Origin: Gammaproteobacteria bacterium
Lineage (GTDB): Bacteria; Pseudomonadota; Gammaproteobacteria; GCA-001735895
DNA length: 64,000 nt
Direction: 5' to 3'
Assembly: GCA_018669845.1 (NCBI GenBank)
Contig: JABHSO010000199.1
Coordinates: 4,945 to 68,944, forward strand
Every line of letters begins with the position of its first letter. The first letter of the stretch is position 1. The notes under the pieces are model-generated. The model saw nothing but the letters and a program-made list of their open reading frames with translations. It did no database searches and had not been told where the DNA came from. Position numbers and translations under genes: made by a program. Below, one piece after another: positions 26,428 through 37,600 of this stretch.

Positions 26428-27336
26428 TTAATTCATCACGAACGCGATACCAATCAGCGCCAGCATGACAGGCCACTTCCACACCAGACGCACAAGATCA
26501 TCGGTGCGATAACGAGGGAAAAGGTAAGCGATAACAACAGGTATTGCCAGGACACCAAAACACTTCAGCAGAAAGGTAATCCAGTTTTCTCCACCACCCA
26601 GAAATAGTGAAACGTAAAGCACACTGGCGGTATAAAGCTGAAAACTTTGCATGACGAATAAACCACCCAGAAACTTCCCACCCATTTCGACCATAGGGCC
26701 AGTGGCTATTTCTGCTGGTGCAATATAGATTTCAAAAGGTTGTTTTCCAAGCGAAGCATGCATAGCGAATAATCCGGCAAGTGCAAGCACTGGCATTTCA
26801 CTGATACCCCAGGTGCTGAATCCACCTGCCTGCTGGGTAGCAATAATGTCCACCAGATTGGTGCTGCCAAATTGATAAGCGACACCGAAAATGACGATGA
26901 TAAAAGGAATGTCATAAGCCAGCATTGAAGTCAGTGCGCGAGATATACCTATTGAACCATTCGGGTTTGCGCATTGACCAACCCCGAGTGCCAAGCCAAG
27001 AGAAGGCACCATGGTCAGGTAAGCCAGTGTGATAATGCCACCTTGAGCAGCGATACCATTCATGCCGGGAACGGGCAGTAGTGCTTCAGCGGCCACATAT
27101 CCACCCACGGCCATAACGATGCCAATGTCATGAATTAAACCATGTGATACCTGGGTCTGTTTGCCGTACAGCTTGATGATGTCATACAACGGTTGAAACA
27201 GGGGAGGACCGACACGTCGCTGTAATCTAGCCGCAAGTTTGCGCATCATCAAAACCATGAATAAACCGATGATGAAGGCCACTATCGGCATCATGATAAC
27301 TTCTATGATGGTGAGTAGAATATCGTTCATCGCCAT
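26428..27336 (-). CDS. NuoH/HycD-like membrane subunit (MbxM-like)
   Basis: RKLAARLQRRVGPP motif and about eight TM helices. Confidence 0.8.
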   Translation of the reverse strand: MAMNDILLTIIEVIMMPIVAFIIGLFMVLMMRKLAARLQRRVGPPLFQPLYDIIKLYGKQTQVSHGLIHDIGIVMAVGGYVAAEALLPVPGMNGIAAQGGIITLAYLTMVPSLGLALGVGQCANPNGSIGISRALTSMLAYDIPFIIVIFGVAYQFGSTNLVDIIATQQAGGFSTWGISEMPVLALAGLFAMHASLGKQPFEIYIAPAEIATGPMVEMGGKFLGGLFVMQSFQLYTASVLYVSLFLGGGENWITFLLKCFGVLAIPVVIAYLFPRYRTDDLVRLVWKWPVMLALIGIAFVMN

Positions 27337-29211
27337 CTATTGTCCTGTAAAAAAGTAGAGTGAAAGCGTTGCTGCTATCAATAAAAACAGAGCTGGATGA
27401 AAACTGTTAAAGAGTATCTGAGTGAAGCCGCTCAACAGACTGACAATTGAAACCAGTGATGCTTCAAGCCATTGGAAGGTGCCTCGATACCAGCCACCGA
27501 TATGGTGCATCAGGCCGGCATAAAAATTATTACTGTAATGGTAGCGGGTATCGGCTGTGAGGAAATGTCCGCCGGCATAATTGTCCAGCTGGTGAACGCG
27601 TTTAGTCTTATTACCAGAGTAAAACAGTAATGCTCCGACACCAAATCCACCAAATAACACGCCACATATCCAAATCATGTCAAGGCTACCTCGGGTAGAT
27701 TCAACGCCACCGAGGTGATGCACAACCTGAGGAATACCTATGGATGCCTGTGCAGCAGCCACCCAGTCCAACACCAGTCCCGGCATGAAACCGGTGATAA
27801 AGACCACGGCCGATAACAACAGCATAGGAATCATCATGCTCCAGGGCACCTCACGAATCTGTTCATGTTCCAGTCGAAGTTGTCCCAGAAACGTATTATG
27901 AATGAGTTTATACACCGAAAGAATCGTGCCCAATGTGCCTATAACTGCGGCCACAAAAAGTAATGGCATGCCTTCAATAATCAGTGAACGATACACCAGC
28001 CACTTGGACACAAAACCGTTCATGGGTGGAATGCCTGCCAGGCCGATAATGCCGACCAGCATCACCATAAAAGTTAAGGGCATGCGAGCAACCAACCCAC
28101 CAAGCTGGTTTAAATCTGATGTTTTGGTGCGATAGATAACCGATGAAACCGACAGGAACAGTGCTGCCTGATAAGTCGCGTGATTAAATACATGCATCAA
28201 ACCACCGGCACTGCCAAAGGGATCGAGTACAAGCACACCCATCAACATATAACCACCCTGACCGATGCCATGCCAGGCTAATAATCGACGTGCATCATTT
28301 TGACGAAGAGCCGTGAAGGTTGCAAAGATCGTGGTGAAAGCCGCGATCCACATGATAAAATCACGCAGAGAAAAGAAGGTATAAGGTATTTCAATTTCTA
28401 TCAGTCGTGCCAGACCCACTAACTGAATGATGACAACCAGAATGGCATAAAGACCCATGCGAGAAGATATAGAACCCAGAAATGCTGTGCCGGGACCGGG
28501 TGTTTCTGCATAGGCATCTGCTTGCCAAAGATGGAATGGAATCAAGCCCATCTTGATACCAAAGCCCACGATGAATAACAGGCTCAGAGTAGTGACTTGT
28601 ACTGTATTAAATTTAGGGGCTATAGCGGCCAGATCAGAATAGGAAAATGATCCGGTTAAATGGTAAATAAACCCGAGACCAGCCAGAACAGCCATGGCTC
28701 CTGCCGTAGCGTAAACGATGTACCTCAATCCATATTCAGTGGCTTTACCACCGGCTATCACCATCAATAACAGACTTGCCCAGCTGACCAGTTCCCATCC
28801 GATGAACAGTGAAAGCAGGTCGCCACTGCCGAGCAAAACCAGCATGGCAAATACATTGAGTGCGATTGAAAATTGTAACAACCCTGGTTTGCCACCATGT
28901 TTCAGATGGTCTTTAGCCCACGATCCGGCTGCAAACATTGAACTGGTTAAAGCAGCACCGATTGTGATCAGTGCAAAAAACCAGGATAGGCCATCAAAGC
29001 GCCAGCTAAGTGGTTGGCCAAGTATGGACAGGTTGAAAGAAGATTCTATGGCTGCGCCGCCATAACCGAGGCTTCCCATGAACAGTAAATTCAAAAATTG
29101 AGCGGTAAATAAAGCTGCCGTTACCCAGCCGATCAAATGCTGTTTTTGTCCCAGTCCGGAAATAACCGCTGTTATTAACGAGAGTAATAGTAAGGTATCA
29201 AGTGCACTCAT
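27337..29211 (-). CDS. NuoL/MrpA-type antiporter-like subunit (MbxH'-like)
   Basis: 624-aa polytopic protein with the Proton_antipo_M core (GWELVSWASLLLM). Confidence 0.8.
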   Translation of the reverse strand: MSALDTLLLLSLITAVISGLGQKQHLIGWVTAALFTAQFLNLLFMGSLGYGGAAIESSFNLSILGQPLSWRFDGLSWFFALITIGAALTSSMFAAGSWAKDHLKHGGKPGLLQFSIALNVFAMLVLLGSGDLLSLFIGWELVSWASLLLMVIAGGKATEYGLRYIVYATAGAMAVLAGLGFIYHLTGSFSYSDLAAIAPKFNTVQVTTLSLLFIVGFGIKMGLIPFHLWQADAYAETPGPGTAFLGSISSRMGLYAILVVIIQLVGLARLIEIEIPYTFFSLRDFIMWIAAFTTIFATFTALRQNDARRLLAWHGIGQGGYMLMGVLVLDPFGSAGGLMHVFNHATYQAALFLSVSSVIYRTKTSDLNQLGGLVARMPLTFMVMLVGIIGLAGIPPMNGFVSKWLVYRSLIIEGMPLLFVAAVIGTLGTILSVYKLIHNTFLGQLRLEHEQIREVPWSMMIPMLLLSAVVFITGFMPGLVLDWVAAAQASIGIPQVVHHLGGVESTRGSLDMIWICGVLFGGFGVGALLFYSGNKTKRVHQLDNYAGGHFLTADTRYHYSNNFYAGLMHHIGGWYRGTFQWLEASLVSIVSLLSGFTQILFNSFHPALFLLIAATLSLYFFTGQ

Positions 29212-30704
29212 TGAACTTTACTCATTTGTTGATCCAGACTTGTTTGCTTTCTCATCGGGGCCTGCTTTGTTGAAAACGTGGTATTTATATACAAAGCACG
29301 GTCACTACTTTCTGCTGCAATCTTATTTAGCTTATTGCCTAAAGGCGCCAGAGTGACAAGTGCCACAATCAACACCACAGCGAATACAGATACAATGGTT
29401 AAATTGAAGGGTGTCTGATGAAGTTTTTTGCGCTGCTTCTTTTTACCTTTGGAATAAATATGTATAGCTGTGCGCATTAAATAATGAGCTTCGATAACGG
29501 TTGCCGTTAATAGAACTACCAGGGCAGTGATATAGAGTGATGCACTGGCTTCCACAAGGCCGTTCACCAGTAATAGTTTTGCCCAGAAACCGGGTAGAGG
29601 CGGTACGCCAATCAATGACAATGCAAATATCATGAATAATATAGCTGCCAGAGGTGAGCTTTTAGCAGCGCCTTTCAGTTTGTCGATTGCTCCGTTCCAG
29701 TATTCTGTCAGCATGAACAGTGCAGGTTTGACGATGAGATGATGTAACATCATAGCGATACCGGCGAACATACCGGCTTCACCGGGAATAGAAAAAGCGA
29801 CCAGCACCATGCCCAGTTGACCGATGGATGAAAAAGATAACATCCGTTTCAAATCCCTGGAACGCCAGGCCGATAGTTCACCCCAGAAGATGCCGAGCAT
29901 ACCCAGAACCAGTAGTAAATTTAATGCTTCAGGTACCTGGTAAGCCACCACCAGCAGTCTGATGATAACCAGTACCGCCAGTTTTGAAATGAGTCCTGCG
30001 AGCAGGGCGCTGATACGTGGACTTGCGGTGGAATACACTTCTGGAACCCAGCCATTGACTGGAAAAATTTCAGCTTTGACACCTATACCGACAACGATTA
30101 ATGCGAATGCAGAGAGTCCAACCGGGTTATTAAGCTGAGAAGCCAGCAAACCGATATGAGCTAAATTTAGTGTGCCGGTCTGGGTGTAGATGAGGCCGAT
30201 ACCGGTTAATGCCAAAACCGTGCCCAGTCCGCTCATGACCAGATAACGAAAAGTAGCTGCAAAAGCGGCACCGGTACGATTGGCAGCAGCCAGTCCAAAG
30301 GAAGCAACAGAAAGTAGTTCATAGAAAACGTAAATGTTAAACAGGTCACTGGATAAAGCCAGTCCACTTGCTGAACCGGCCAGCAGTAATAATAATGATT
30401 CTTCACGATAGCCTTCTTTGTTGGCGTAGGGCCATAGCAGTAACATGATTAACGGGATAATGCAGGCCATTAATAATGAAAGATTATCCAGATGAAAAGT
30501 GATGCCTAGCGGTGGACGGAAGCCGCCGAGAGCAATGGCTATAGGGTGTTCAAGCATATTAAAGTAAGCCAGTGCGAACCCAAGCATCGCCAGCAGAACG
30601 AAGGGGCCGATAAAGCGCGCAGCTGATTTTGAATTATTGCTTATGATGGGTAATAGAAATGCGGTGAGCAAAGGTAGCGCGACATTGAAAGCTATGTTAT
30701 TCAT
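29208..30704 (-). CDS. MrpD/NuoN-type antiporter-like subunit (MbxH-like)
   Basis: 498-aa polytopic protein (FYELLSVASFGLAA). 4-nt overlaps with both neighbouring genes. Confidence 0.8.
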   Translation of the reverse strand: MNNIAFNVALPLLTAFLLPIISNNSKSAARFIGPFVLLAMLGFALAYFNMLEHPIAIALGGFRPPLGITFHLDNLSLLMACIIPLIMLLLWPYANKEGYREESLLLLLAGSASGLALSSDLFNIYVFYELLSVASFGLAAANRTGAAFAATFRYLVMSGLGTVLALTGIGLIYTQTGTLNLAHIGLLASQLNNPVGLSAFALIVVGIGVKAEIFPVNGWVPEVYSTASPRISALLAGLISKLAVLVIIRLLVVAYQVPEALNLLLVLGMLGIFWGELSAWRSRDLKRMLSFSSIGQLGMVLVAFSIPGEAGMFAGIAMMLHHLIVKPALFMLTEYWNGAIDKLKGAAKSSPLAAILFMIFALSLIGVPPLPGFWAKLLLVNGLVEASASLYITALVVLLTATVIEAHYLMRTAIHIYSKGKKKQRKKLHQTPFNLTIVSVFAVVLIVALVTLAPLGNKLNKIAAESSDRALYINTTFSTKQAPMRKQTSLDQQMSKVQ

Positions 30705-31186
30705 TTGTCACCTCCCTGGTTTAGCTGAGCAGTTTCATTTTGTGCTGATGGCTCAGGTAAAGGACGTTCACCCGCAGGCTGCTCGCTGCTTAACAGAGAA
30801 ATCACGCCGCTATTACTGTCGATGTCAGTCGATAGTCTCTGGTGGATTTCACGTATATCGAGAGTTTTGTAGTTTTGATAAACTTTTAGGACCAACGCCA
30901 GTGCCAGTGCCTGAATACCGACACCGATGACAATAGAAGTTAATACCATCGCCTGTGGAACCGGGTCGACCATCAGCTGGTTAACCGACGACCCCGTTAA
31001 AATGGGCGCAATTGCATCGAAGCGATAACCGGCAATCACCAGTAACAGGTTGGCTCCTGCTTCAGCGATGACCAGAGCCAGAACGATGCGGAAGATATTG
31101 TTCAATGTCACCACACCGACAATACCTATAACGATTAAACCCATGGCTCCGCCGTAGAGTAACCAGTGAATCAGGTCTGTAGTCAT
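30701..31186 (-). CDS. MrpC/NuoK-like subunit (MbxG-like) with a hydrophilic C-terminal tail
   Basis: Three TM helices of NuoK/MnhC type, then a polar tail of about 50 aa. Confidence 0.7.
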   Translation of the reverse strand: MTTDLIHWLLYGGAMGLIVIGIVGVVTLNNIFRIVLALVIAEAGANLLLVIAGYRFDAIAPILTGSSVNQLMVDPVPQAMVLTSIVIGVGIQALALALVLKVYQNYKTLDIREIHQRLSTDIDSNSGVISLLSSEQPAGERPLPEPSAQNETAQLNQGGDK

Positions 31187-31941
31187 GATCCGTTACTCTC
31201 CGTTTGCAGTGATGATTCTTCCAGGTCAGTTGATTCTGGCACTATTTCACCAATCTCAGCCAAATTAGCCAGTAAGCCGGAAAGCTCTGCACCCACTTTC
31301 AAACCAACTGCGGTATAAAGTAATGGCAGTGTACCGGCTGAAAGAAGTGAACCCATTTCACCGTGACTAAAAAAAGGTTGTAGAAAAGCATTGCCCTGAA
31401 ATAACGCGATAATGCCAATCACTATAAAAGATGCGCCGGCAAAACCTTCGACCAGAGCCAGTCCACTGTGATTAACCCCGCGTCCGGGTACTGCTAGCAA
31501 GGGTAGAAAGAAAGCAGCTGCCAGAATAACACCGCCCTGGAAACCACCGCCCGGTGTTAAATGACCGTGCAGAATAATGTACATGCCAAGGGTAATGAGT
31601 AGAGGGAAAAACAAACTGGCACTGCTGGCCAGGATAGTGCCTTCATCTCTGATGCTTTCTTTTTTGTTTGAAGATGATTTTGTAGATAATGAGCTTAACA
31701 CCAGTGATGTTGCGGTAGATGCGGTAAAAAGTATCGCAATTTCTCCCAGCGTATCAATTCCCCTGTAACCCAGTACCACTGAAGTAACCAGGTTGGCAGC
31801 TCCGACTTCATCGGCTCCCTGTTGTAATATTGCTTCACCGATTAACATAGGAGCACCACCGACAACGAATTGCCAGGTGATGACCAGCAGTAAAAAAGCA
31901 AGACCAGAAGCAAACACTAAAGCACTGACATTACGCATCAT
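31183..31941 (-). CDS. MrpB (MnhB)-domain membrane subunit (MbxF-like)
   Basis: NLVTSVVLGYRGIDTLGEIAILF is the MnhB signature. Confidence 0.7.
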   Translation of the reverse strand: MMRNVSALVFASGLAFLLLVITWQFVVGGAPMLIGEAILQQGADEVGAANLVTSVVLGYRGIDTLGEIAILFTASTATSLVLSSLSTKSSSNKKESIRDEGTILASSASLFFPLLITLGMYIILHGHLTPGGGFQGGVILAAAFFLPLLAVPGRGVNHSGLALVEGFAGASFIVIGIIALFQGNAFLQPFFSHGEMGSLLSAGTLPLLYTAVGLKVGAELSGLLANLAEIGEIVPESTDLEESSLQTESNGS

Positions 31942-32197
31942 TTTGCTCCGACTGTTGTTTACCGTGGTTTTTATTAATTCGGAATAAAGCCAGTGCCAGA
32001 ATAACCGTGCTTAAACCAGAACCGACAACTGCTTCGGTCATCGCAACATCAGGTGCTTGCAGGATGACGAATAATACCGACAGGGCCAGTGATACAGCTG
32101 ATGTAGCGGCGATAGCAGAAACATGGCTCTCTACAAACAAAACGGTGATAGCCCCGGCTAACATTATGATAACCATCAATGCGATAACCCAGGTCAT
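31931..32197 (-). CDS. DUF4040 / MbhD-MbxD-like small membrane subunit
   Basis: 88 aa with three TM helices and the APDVAMTEAVVG motif. Confidence 0.6.
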   Translation of the reverse strand: MTWVIALMVIIMLAGAITVLFVESHVSAIAATSAVSLALSVLFVILQAPDVAMTEAVVGSGLSTVILALALFRINKNHGKQQSEQNDA

Positions 32198-32523
32198 GTC
32201 TTTTCACCAGAGGTGTTTAAAGGTTTCTGCTGTTTGGAAGGTTTAGTCCAGGGTTTAATGCCTGACAGGTACACAGCGCGTGAAAGTACAGAGGAGCTGA
32301 CTGGACTGGTAAATAACAGAAAGCCAATGATGCAAAGTAATTTTGTCCACCATTCAGGGTAAAGTAGACCTACGCCTAAAATGATCGCAATTGAACCTAA
32401 TGTTGCTGCCTTGGTACCCGCCTGAATGCGGTTGTAAATATCGGGCATTCGAATCAGCCCCAAAGCGCCTAAAAAGCAAAATATTGCCCCAAGAAGTAGT
32501 ATGACATCGGCAATAAGTCTCAT
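32194..32523 (-). CDS. MrpG (MnhG)-like subunit (MbxC-like)
   Basis: LLLGAIFCFLGALGLIRMPDIYNRIQAGTKAATLG is the MnhG/PhaG signature. Confidence 0.75.
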   Translation of the reverse strand: MRLIADVILLLGAIFCFLGALGLIRMPDIYNRIQAGTKAATLGSIAIILGVGLLYPEWWTKLLCIIGFLLFTSPVSSSVLSRAVYLSGIKPWTKPSKQQKPLNTSGEKT

Positions 32524-32786
32524 GATCTTCCTCCCTCAATAACCCGGGAGATCGCTATTATTCCGATAAAAGAGATAGCACCATAAACCAGTGCAACATC
32601 AAGAAAAAGAGGGCTATTGAAATAAGCTGCAAATACAGTCAGTCCAGCGGTGATGGTAACTGACATGGTGTCAGCACTAATAACCCGGTCAGGTGCATCA
32701 GGGCCGATAATGAGTCGAATGAGACCCAGCAGTAAGGCGGCTCCGATAAAGCCAACCGCTATTTGTTCCAGCAGGTTAAAGGTCAC
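32520..32786 (-). CDS. MrpF (MnhF)-like subunit (MbxB-like)
   Basis: 88 aa with three TM helices and the GPDAPDRVISADT motif. Confidence 0.7.
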   Translation of the reverse strand: MTFNLLEQIAVGFIGAALLLGLIRLIIGPDAPDRVISADTMSVTITAGLTVFAAYFNSPLFLDVALVYGAISFIGIIAISRVIEGGRS

Positions 32787-33292
32787 TTGAGGAATCCTGA
32801 AATATGTTTTTCGAAGCCGGTGGCTATATCCTGAGTTGCCTGTTCCAGGCTGATGCCTTCGGGGGCGGCAATCCAGTGTACTAATATTTTGTTATGCCTT
32901 AACTCGACAGCTAAAGTGCCCGGTGTCAGAGTGATGCTATTCGCCAGTAACATCTGGCCAAGTCTGGATTCCAGTTTTGTATCGATTTCTAGCAGTTCTG
33001 GGCTGATGGGTAAAGAAGGGGAAAGAACCCGATGAGCCATATCGAAATTTGCTTTAATCAGCGCAATAAAAAAGTATCCCAGATAGGTAAGTAATGAAAC
33101 TATTGCGGTCGGGGTATATCGAATGCCATCAAAAATATTGATATAGGGGGCAGAGATCAGGGAAACCACGGCTGCTACCATGATACCAGCAAAGAGTTCA
33201 TCCAGTGCCAGAGATCCTGTCAACAATATCCACAACAGCAACATGGTAGCAAACAGAAATATATGGTGATGAATATTGAGACGGTTAAGCAT
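32783..33292 (-). CDS. MrpE (MnhE)-like subunit (MbxA-like), first gene of the operon
   Basis: 169 aa: N-terminal TM helices plus a soluble MnhE-type domain. Its stop overlaps the next gene by 4 nt. Confidence 0.65.
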   Translation of the reverse strand: MLNRLNIHHHIFLFATMLLLWILLTGSLALDELFAGIMVAAVVSLISAPYINIFDGIRYTPTAIVSLLTYLGYFFIALIKANFDMAHRVLSPSLPISPELLEIDTKLESRLGQMLLANSITLTPGTLAVELRHNKILVHWIAAPEGISLEQATQDIATGFEKHISGFLK

Positions 33293-33544
33293 TCAATTAA
33301 AGTTTTCCTGTAGTGTGGTGAACTATAATATTGATGTCTTGTAAAAGATATTTTAAGTACGTAATAGTTTTAGTTCAATCAGGGAGTATTATCTATTTTT
33401 TTTAATGATTTTCTACATTAGAATCTGGAATAGTAGCTTGTTATGATATAGGTCAAATGGGATATGCCAGCAAGTGAATCAGGAAGATAATGAGTGCCTT
33501 AAAATTGAAGAAAACGTAGAGTCTCCCTTACAATTATTTTTACT

Positions 33545-34693
33545 ATGATGAAATTTATTCACACCTCAGACTGGCACATAGGACGTCAGTTTCACAATGT
33601 ATCTTTACTTGATGATCAGTCTTATGTGCTGGATCAACTGATTCAGTACATAAAGCAAGAATCAGTCGATGCACTGATCATTGCGGGTGATATTTATGAT
33701 AGATCAATTCCTCCGGCTACAGCAGTTGAATTGCTTGATAAAATCCTGAAAACCATTTGTGTAGATTTATCAGTGCCTGTCATTTTGATACCCGGTAACC
33801 ACGACAGTGCGGAGCGCCTACGGTTTGCTGCCAACCAGTTAAAACAGTCCGGTTTATATATTCTAGGGGATCTGGGCAATGTTACTGAGCCTGTGATTAT
33901 TCAAAATAAGCATGAAAGCCTGTGTTTTTACGGTATTCCTTATAACGATCCCGAGCATGTACGAAATCAGTTTAATGTGGATTTATCGGGTTATGAGCAG
34001 GCTCATGCCTACCTGATCAAACTTATTGAAGATAATAAGGATGAGCAATCAGCTAATATCATCATCAGTCACTGTTTTGTTGATGGTGCAGAAGAGTCGG
34101 AATCTGAGCGTCCGTTATCTATCGGCGGAGCTGACAGAATTTCAGCGAGTCTTTTCAAAGGCTTCGATTATGTAGCTCTTGGGCATTTGCACGGGCCTCA
34201 ATATAAAAATGAACAATACATTCGTTATTCCGGCTCGTTATTGAAATACAGTTTCTCGGAACAAAATCAACATAAAGGCGTGACACTAGTAGAGTTTGAC
34301 GATAATACCTTGAAAGAAATTACTCACTTACCACTAAGCCCATTACATGATATGCGAATCATTGAAGGAGAACTGGAAGAGATTTTACAGCAGGGCAGGG
34401 TTGACCCAAATGCAGAAGATTATTTACTGGTTCGCTTAACCGATACTCATGCCATTCTGGATGCCATGGGAAAACTAAGAGTCGTGTATCCCAACGTATT
34501 ACATCTCGAGAAACCTGGTTTGATGGCTTCAACAGATCAACAATCAGTCAACAGAGATAAAATCAGGCGTAGTGAACTTGAAATGTTTCATGATTTCTTC
34601 AAACAGGTAACGGGCAGGGATCTGGATGAAAAACAGGCTGATGCCTTGCAGGAAACAGTATCGTCTTTACACCACAGCCAGGTTGACTCATAG
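33545..34693 (+). CDS. sbcD: exonuclease SbcD (Mre11-type nuclease)
   Basis: FIHTSDWHIG, AGDIYD, GNHD and GHLH phosphoesterase motifs. Confidence 0.9.
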   Translation: MMKFIHTSDWHIGRQFHNVSLLDDQSYVLDQLIQYIKQESVDALIIAGDIYDRSIPPATAVELLDKILKTICVDLSVPVILIPGNHDSAERLRFAANQLKQSGLYILGDLGNVTEPVIIQNKHESLCFYGIPYNDPEHVRNQFNVDLSGYEQAHAYLIKLIEDNKDEQSANIIISHCFVDGAEESESERPLSIGGADRISASLFKGFDYVALGHLHGPQYKNEQYIRYSGSLLKYSFSEQNQHKGVTLVEFDDNTLKEITHLPLSPLHDMRIIEGELEEILQQGRVDPNAEDYLLVRLTDTHAILDAMGKLRVVYPNVLHLEKPGLMASTDQQSVNRDKIRRSELEMFHDFFKQVTGRDLDEKQADALQETVSSLHHSQVDS

Positions 34694-37600
34694 TGAAACC
34701 TCTTAAACTATCCATTCAAGCCTTTGGACCTTTTGCCGGTTTACAGGAAATAGACTTTAGTCTTTTAGGGCAAAGCCCGTTATTTTTGATCAATGGTCCG
34801 ACCGGTGCTGGTAAAAGTTCAATTCTGGATGCTATCTGTTTTGCACTGTATGGAAAAACTACGGCTGATGAACGTGATGCCAGCGAAATGCGCTGTGATC
34901 AGGCTGATGCAAATACATTAACAGAAATTACACTGGACTTTGAACTTGCCGGAAAACAGTACCGGGTAAAGCGATCCCCGCAACAGGATAGACCCAAAGC
35001 CCGAGGTGATGGATTTACCAGACACAACGGTGAAGCCACTTTATGGAGTATTGATAAACAGGGTGAATTAACTTTGATGGTGGCAAGAAAAGTAAAAGAT
35101 ACCAATCAGCAAATTGAAACTATTACCGGATTGAATGTGGAACAATTCAGACAGGTGATGGTTTTACCGCAGGGAAAATTTCGAGACTTACTATTAGCCG
35201 ATTCCGCCCAGCGGGAAAAGATTTTTGGGCAACTGTTTCAAACTCACATTTATAGAAGAATCGAAGATCAGCTCAAACAACAGGCGTCAGTCATTGTTCA
35301 TGATATCAGGGATCTGGAAAATCAGATCAAAGGTATTCTTCAAAGTGCTGAGTTGAATACTGAAAATGAAATTGAACAACAGTTTGAAATACTTAAACCA
35401 GAATTAAAAAAATCGTTAAAGCTAAAACAACATGCGAATGCCAGTTTTCAAAATGTGCTTTTAGAAAAGCAGTCATCTCAGGACATAGTTGAGAAATTTG
35501 CAGAACTGGAAAGCTCTAAAAAGAAATTATCAGATTTACAGCTGCAACAGGCAGGGATCACTTCAAAGCAGAAGGTAGTAGATGCTGCTAATAAAGCACA
35601 AAAAATAAAAGCCCAGTTTGATGAGTTAAACAGGCAAAAAGATCAATTGAATAAAATTCAGCAGCAAATGATTGAATCTGTCCAGCTTAGAGATGATGCT
35701 GATCGGGAATTTATTTTTTCCCAGAAAGAACTGGTAAAAGCTAAGAAATCATTTGAAGAAGTTGATTCACTAAAAGCTGAACGTCAACAAATAGAAAGTT
35801 ATGTTAATAAAATTAATCAGCTGGATAGTGCTAAAAAAATTGCAACTGAATCTGCACTAAAAGAAAGTAAAAGTTCATCAGAATTTATATCTATTCAAAA
35901 TGACGTTACTTCAGTTACAAATAAAATTGTCTCGCAAGAAAAACAGTTGGGTAATCTTCACCAGGAAACTTCAGGTCTAGGCAATAAACAAATTGAACTT
36001 GTCAGCTTGCAGCAGCAGTCTAATCAACGAGAGAAACTTGCAAAATTACAAGACAAGATTGTTTCAGGTTCAAAACAACTTATACAGACTGAAAGTGAGT
36101 TTGAGCGTTTAACCGGTATTGCTGATAAGTCTCTTCGACAGGCTAAACAGCAGGAAATGTTTTGGCATTCAGGGCAGGCCATGAATCTGGCTAAAGAGCT
36201 GAAGCAGAACCAACCTTGTCCCGTTTGTGGAAGTACTTCGCATCCATCACCCGCATTGCCTGATAATAATCAGTTTGTTATCAGTAAAGATCAAGTCGAA
36301 CAGGCTAGATTGCAAGCTGACAGTGATAAAGATAAACAGCAGAAAATATTGAACCAGTTGAATGAACTTAAAATCAAACAGGAACAGCTGGAAAAAGAAA
36401 TTACAGAGTTAAGCAATCAACCCGGAATGTCCTCTGAATTAACCGATCATGACTTTAATGAACGCTTTGAAAGCTTAAAATTAGAGGTTCAAATGCTGGT
36501 GGAAAAGCAGGCGAGCATTTCTACATTTAATGAAACTTTGTCTGGCCATAAATTAACTCTTCAATCACTCAATAATAGTTTATCCCAGATCCAGCAACTT
36601 CATGAAAAAGAGAAACAACAACTGTTAATCGATCAGCAAGCCGTTAAACATTTAAGTAGTGATATCCCTGAACAATACCAGCTAAAAACATCTGTAGTTG
36701 AAGCATTAGAAAGGCTTTCAACTTCAGTGAAAAAACTGACTGAAAATTTTGAAAAAGCGAATTCAGCTAATCAACAATGTCTGACCCGGTTAACAGAGTT
36801 AAAAACCACTGTTGAAGATAAAAACCGGTTAAGTATCTCTCTGAGGTCAGAATTGGAAATATCTGCATCAGACTGGGAACAGGTTATTTCAAATAGTATT
36901 TTTGATACCGAGCAACACTTTTGTAATGCCTTGTTAACTGAAGTAGAACAAACTGCAATTTCTCAGCAAATTACAATATTTATCGATTTGCTGAATGACT
37001 TAAAAAGCATAATAAAGTTACAGACAAAAGAGCTTAAAGATAAAGTTGAGCCGGATATGACAGTGGTAAATCTGGCTGTAGAAGAATCTGAGAAAAATTT
37101 TAAAATTATAGAGCAACAATGGTTAAAGGTGGATAGCAGAGTTAAGCAATTAAAATCTGTAACGAAAAAACTTAAACAGGCTCATACCACCAATAAAGAG
37201 CTTGAATCCCGATATGCAATTTATGGTGTGTTGAGCGATGTGGCAAATGGTCGTACCAGTAATAAAATAAGTTTACAGCGTTTTGTGTTGAGTGTGTTAC
37301 TGGATGACGTATTGATACAGGCTTCACAAAGATTATCGTTAATGTCTAAAGGGCGGTACCAGTTACTACGAAGGCAAACTAGTTCGGATAATAGAAAAGT
37401 GTCCGGTCTTGAACTAGACATTGAAGATGCCTACACAGGAAAGTCACGCTCAGTATCAACTCTATCTGGCGGTGAATCTTTTATGGCCGCTTTATCTTTG
37501 GCTTTAGGATTATCCGATGTGGTGCAGGCTTATGCAGGTGGCATAAAACTGGATACACTTTTTATTGATGAAGGATTCGGCAGCCTCGATCAGGAATCCC

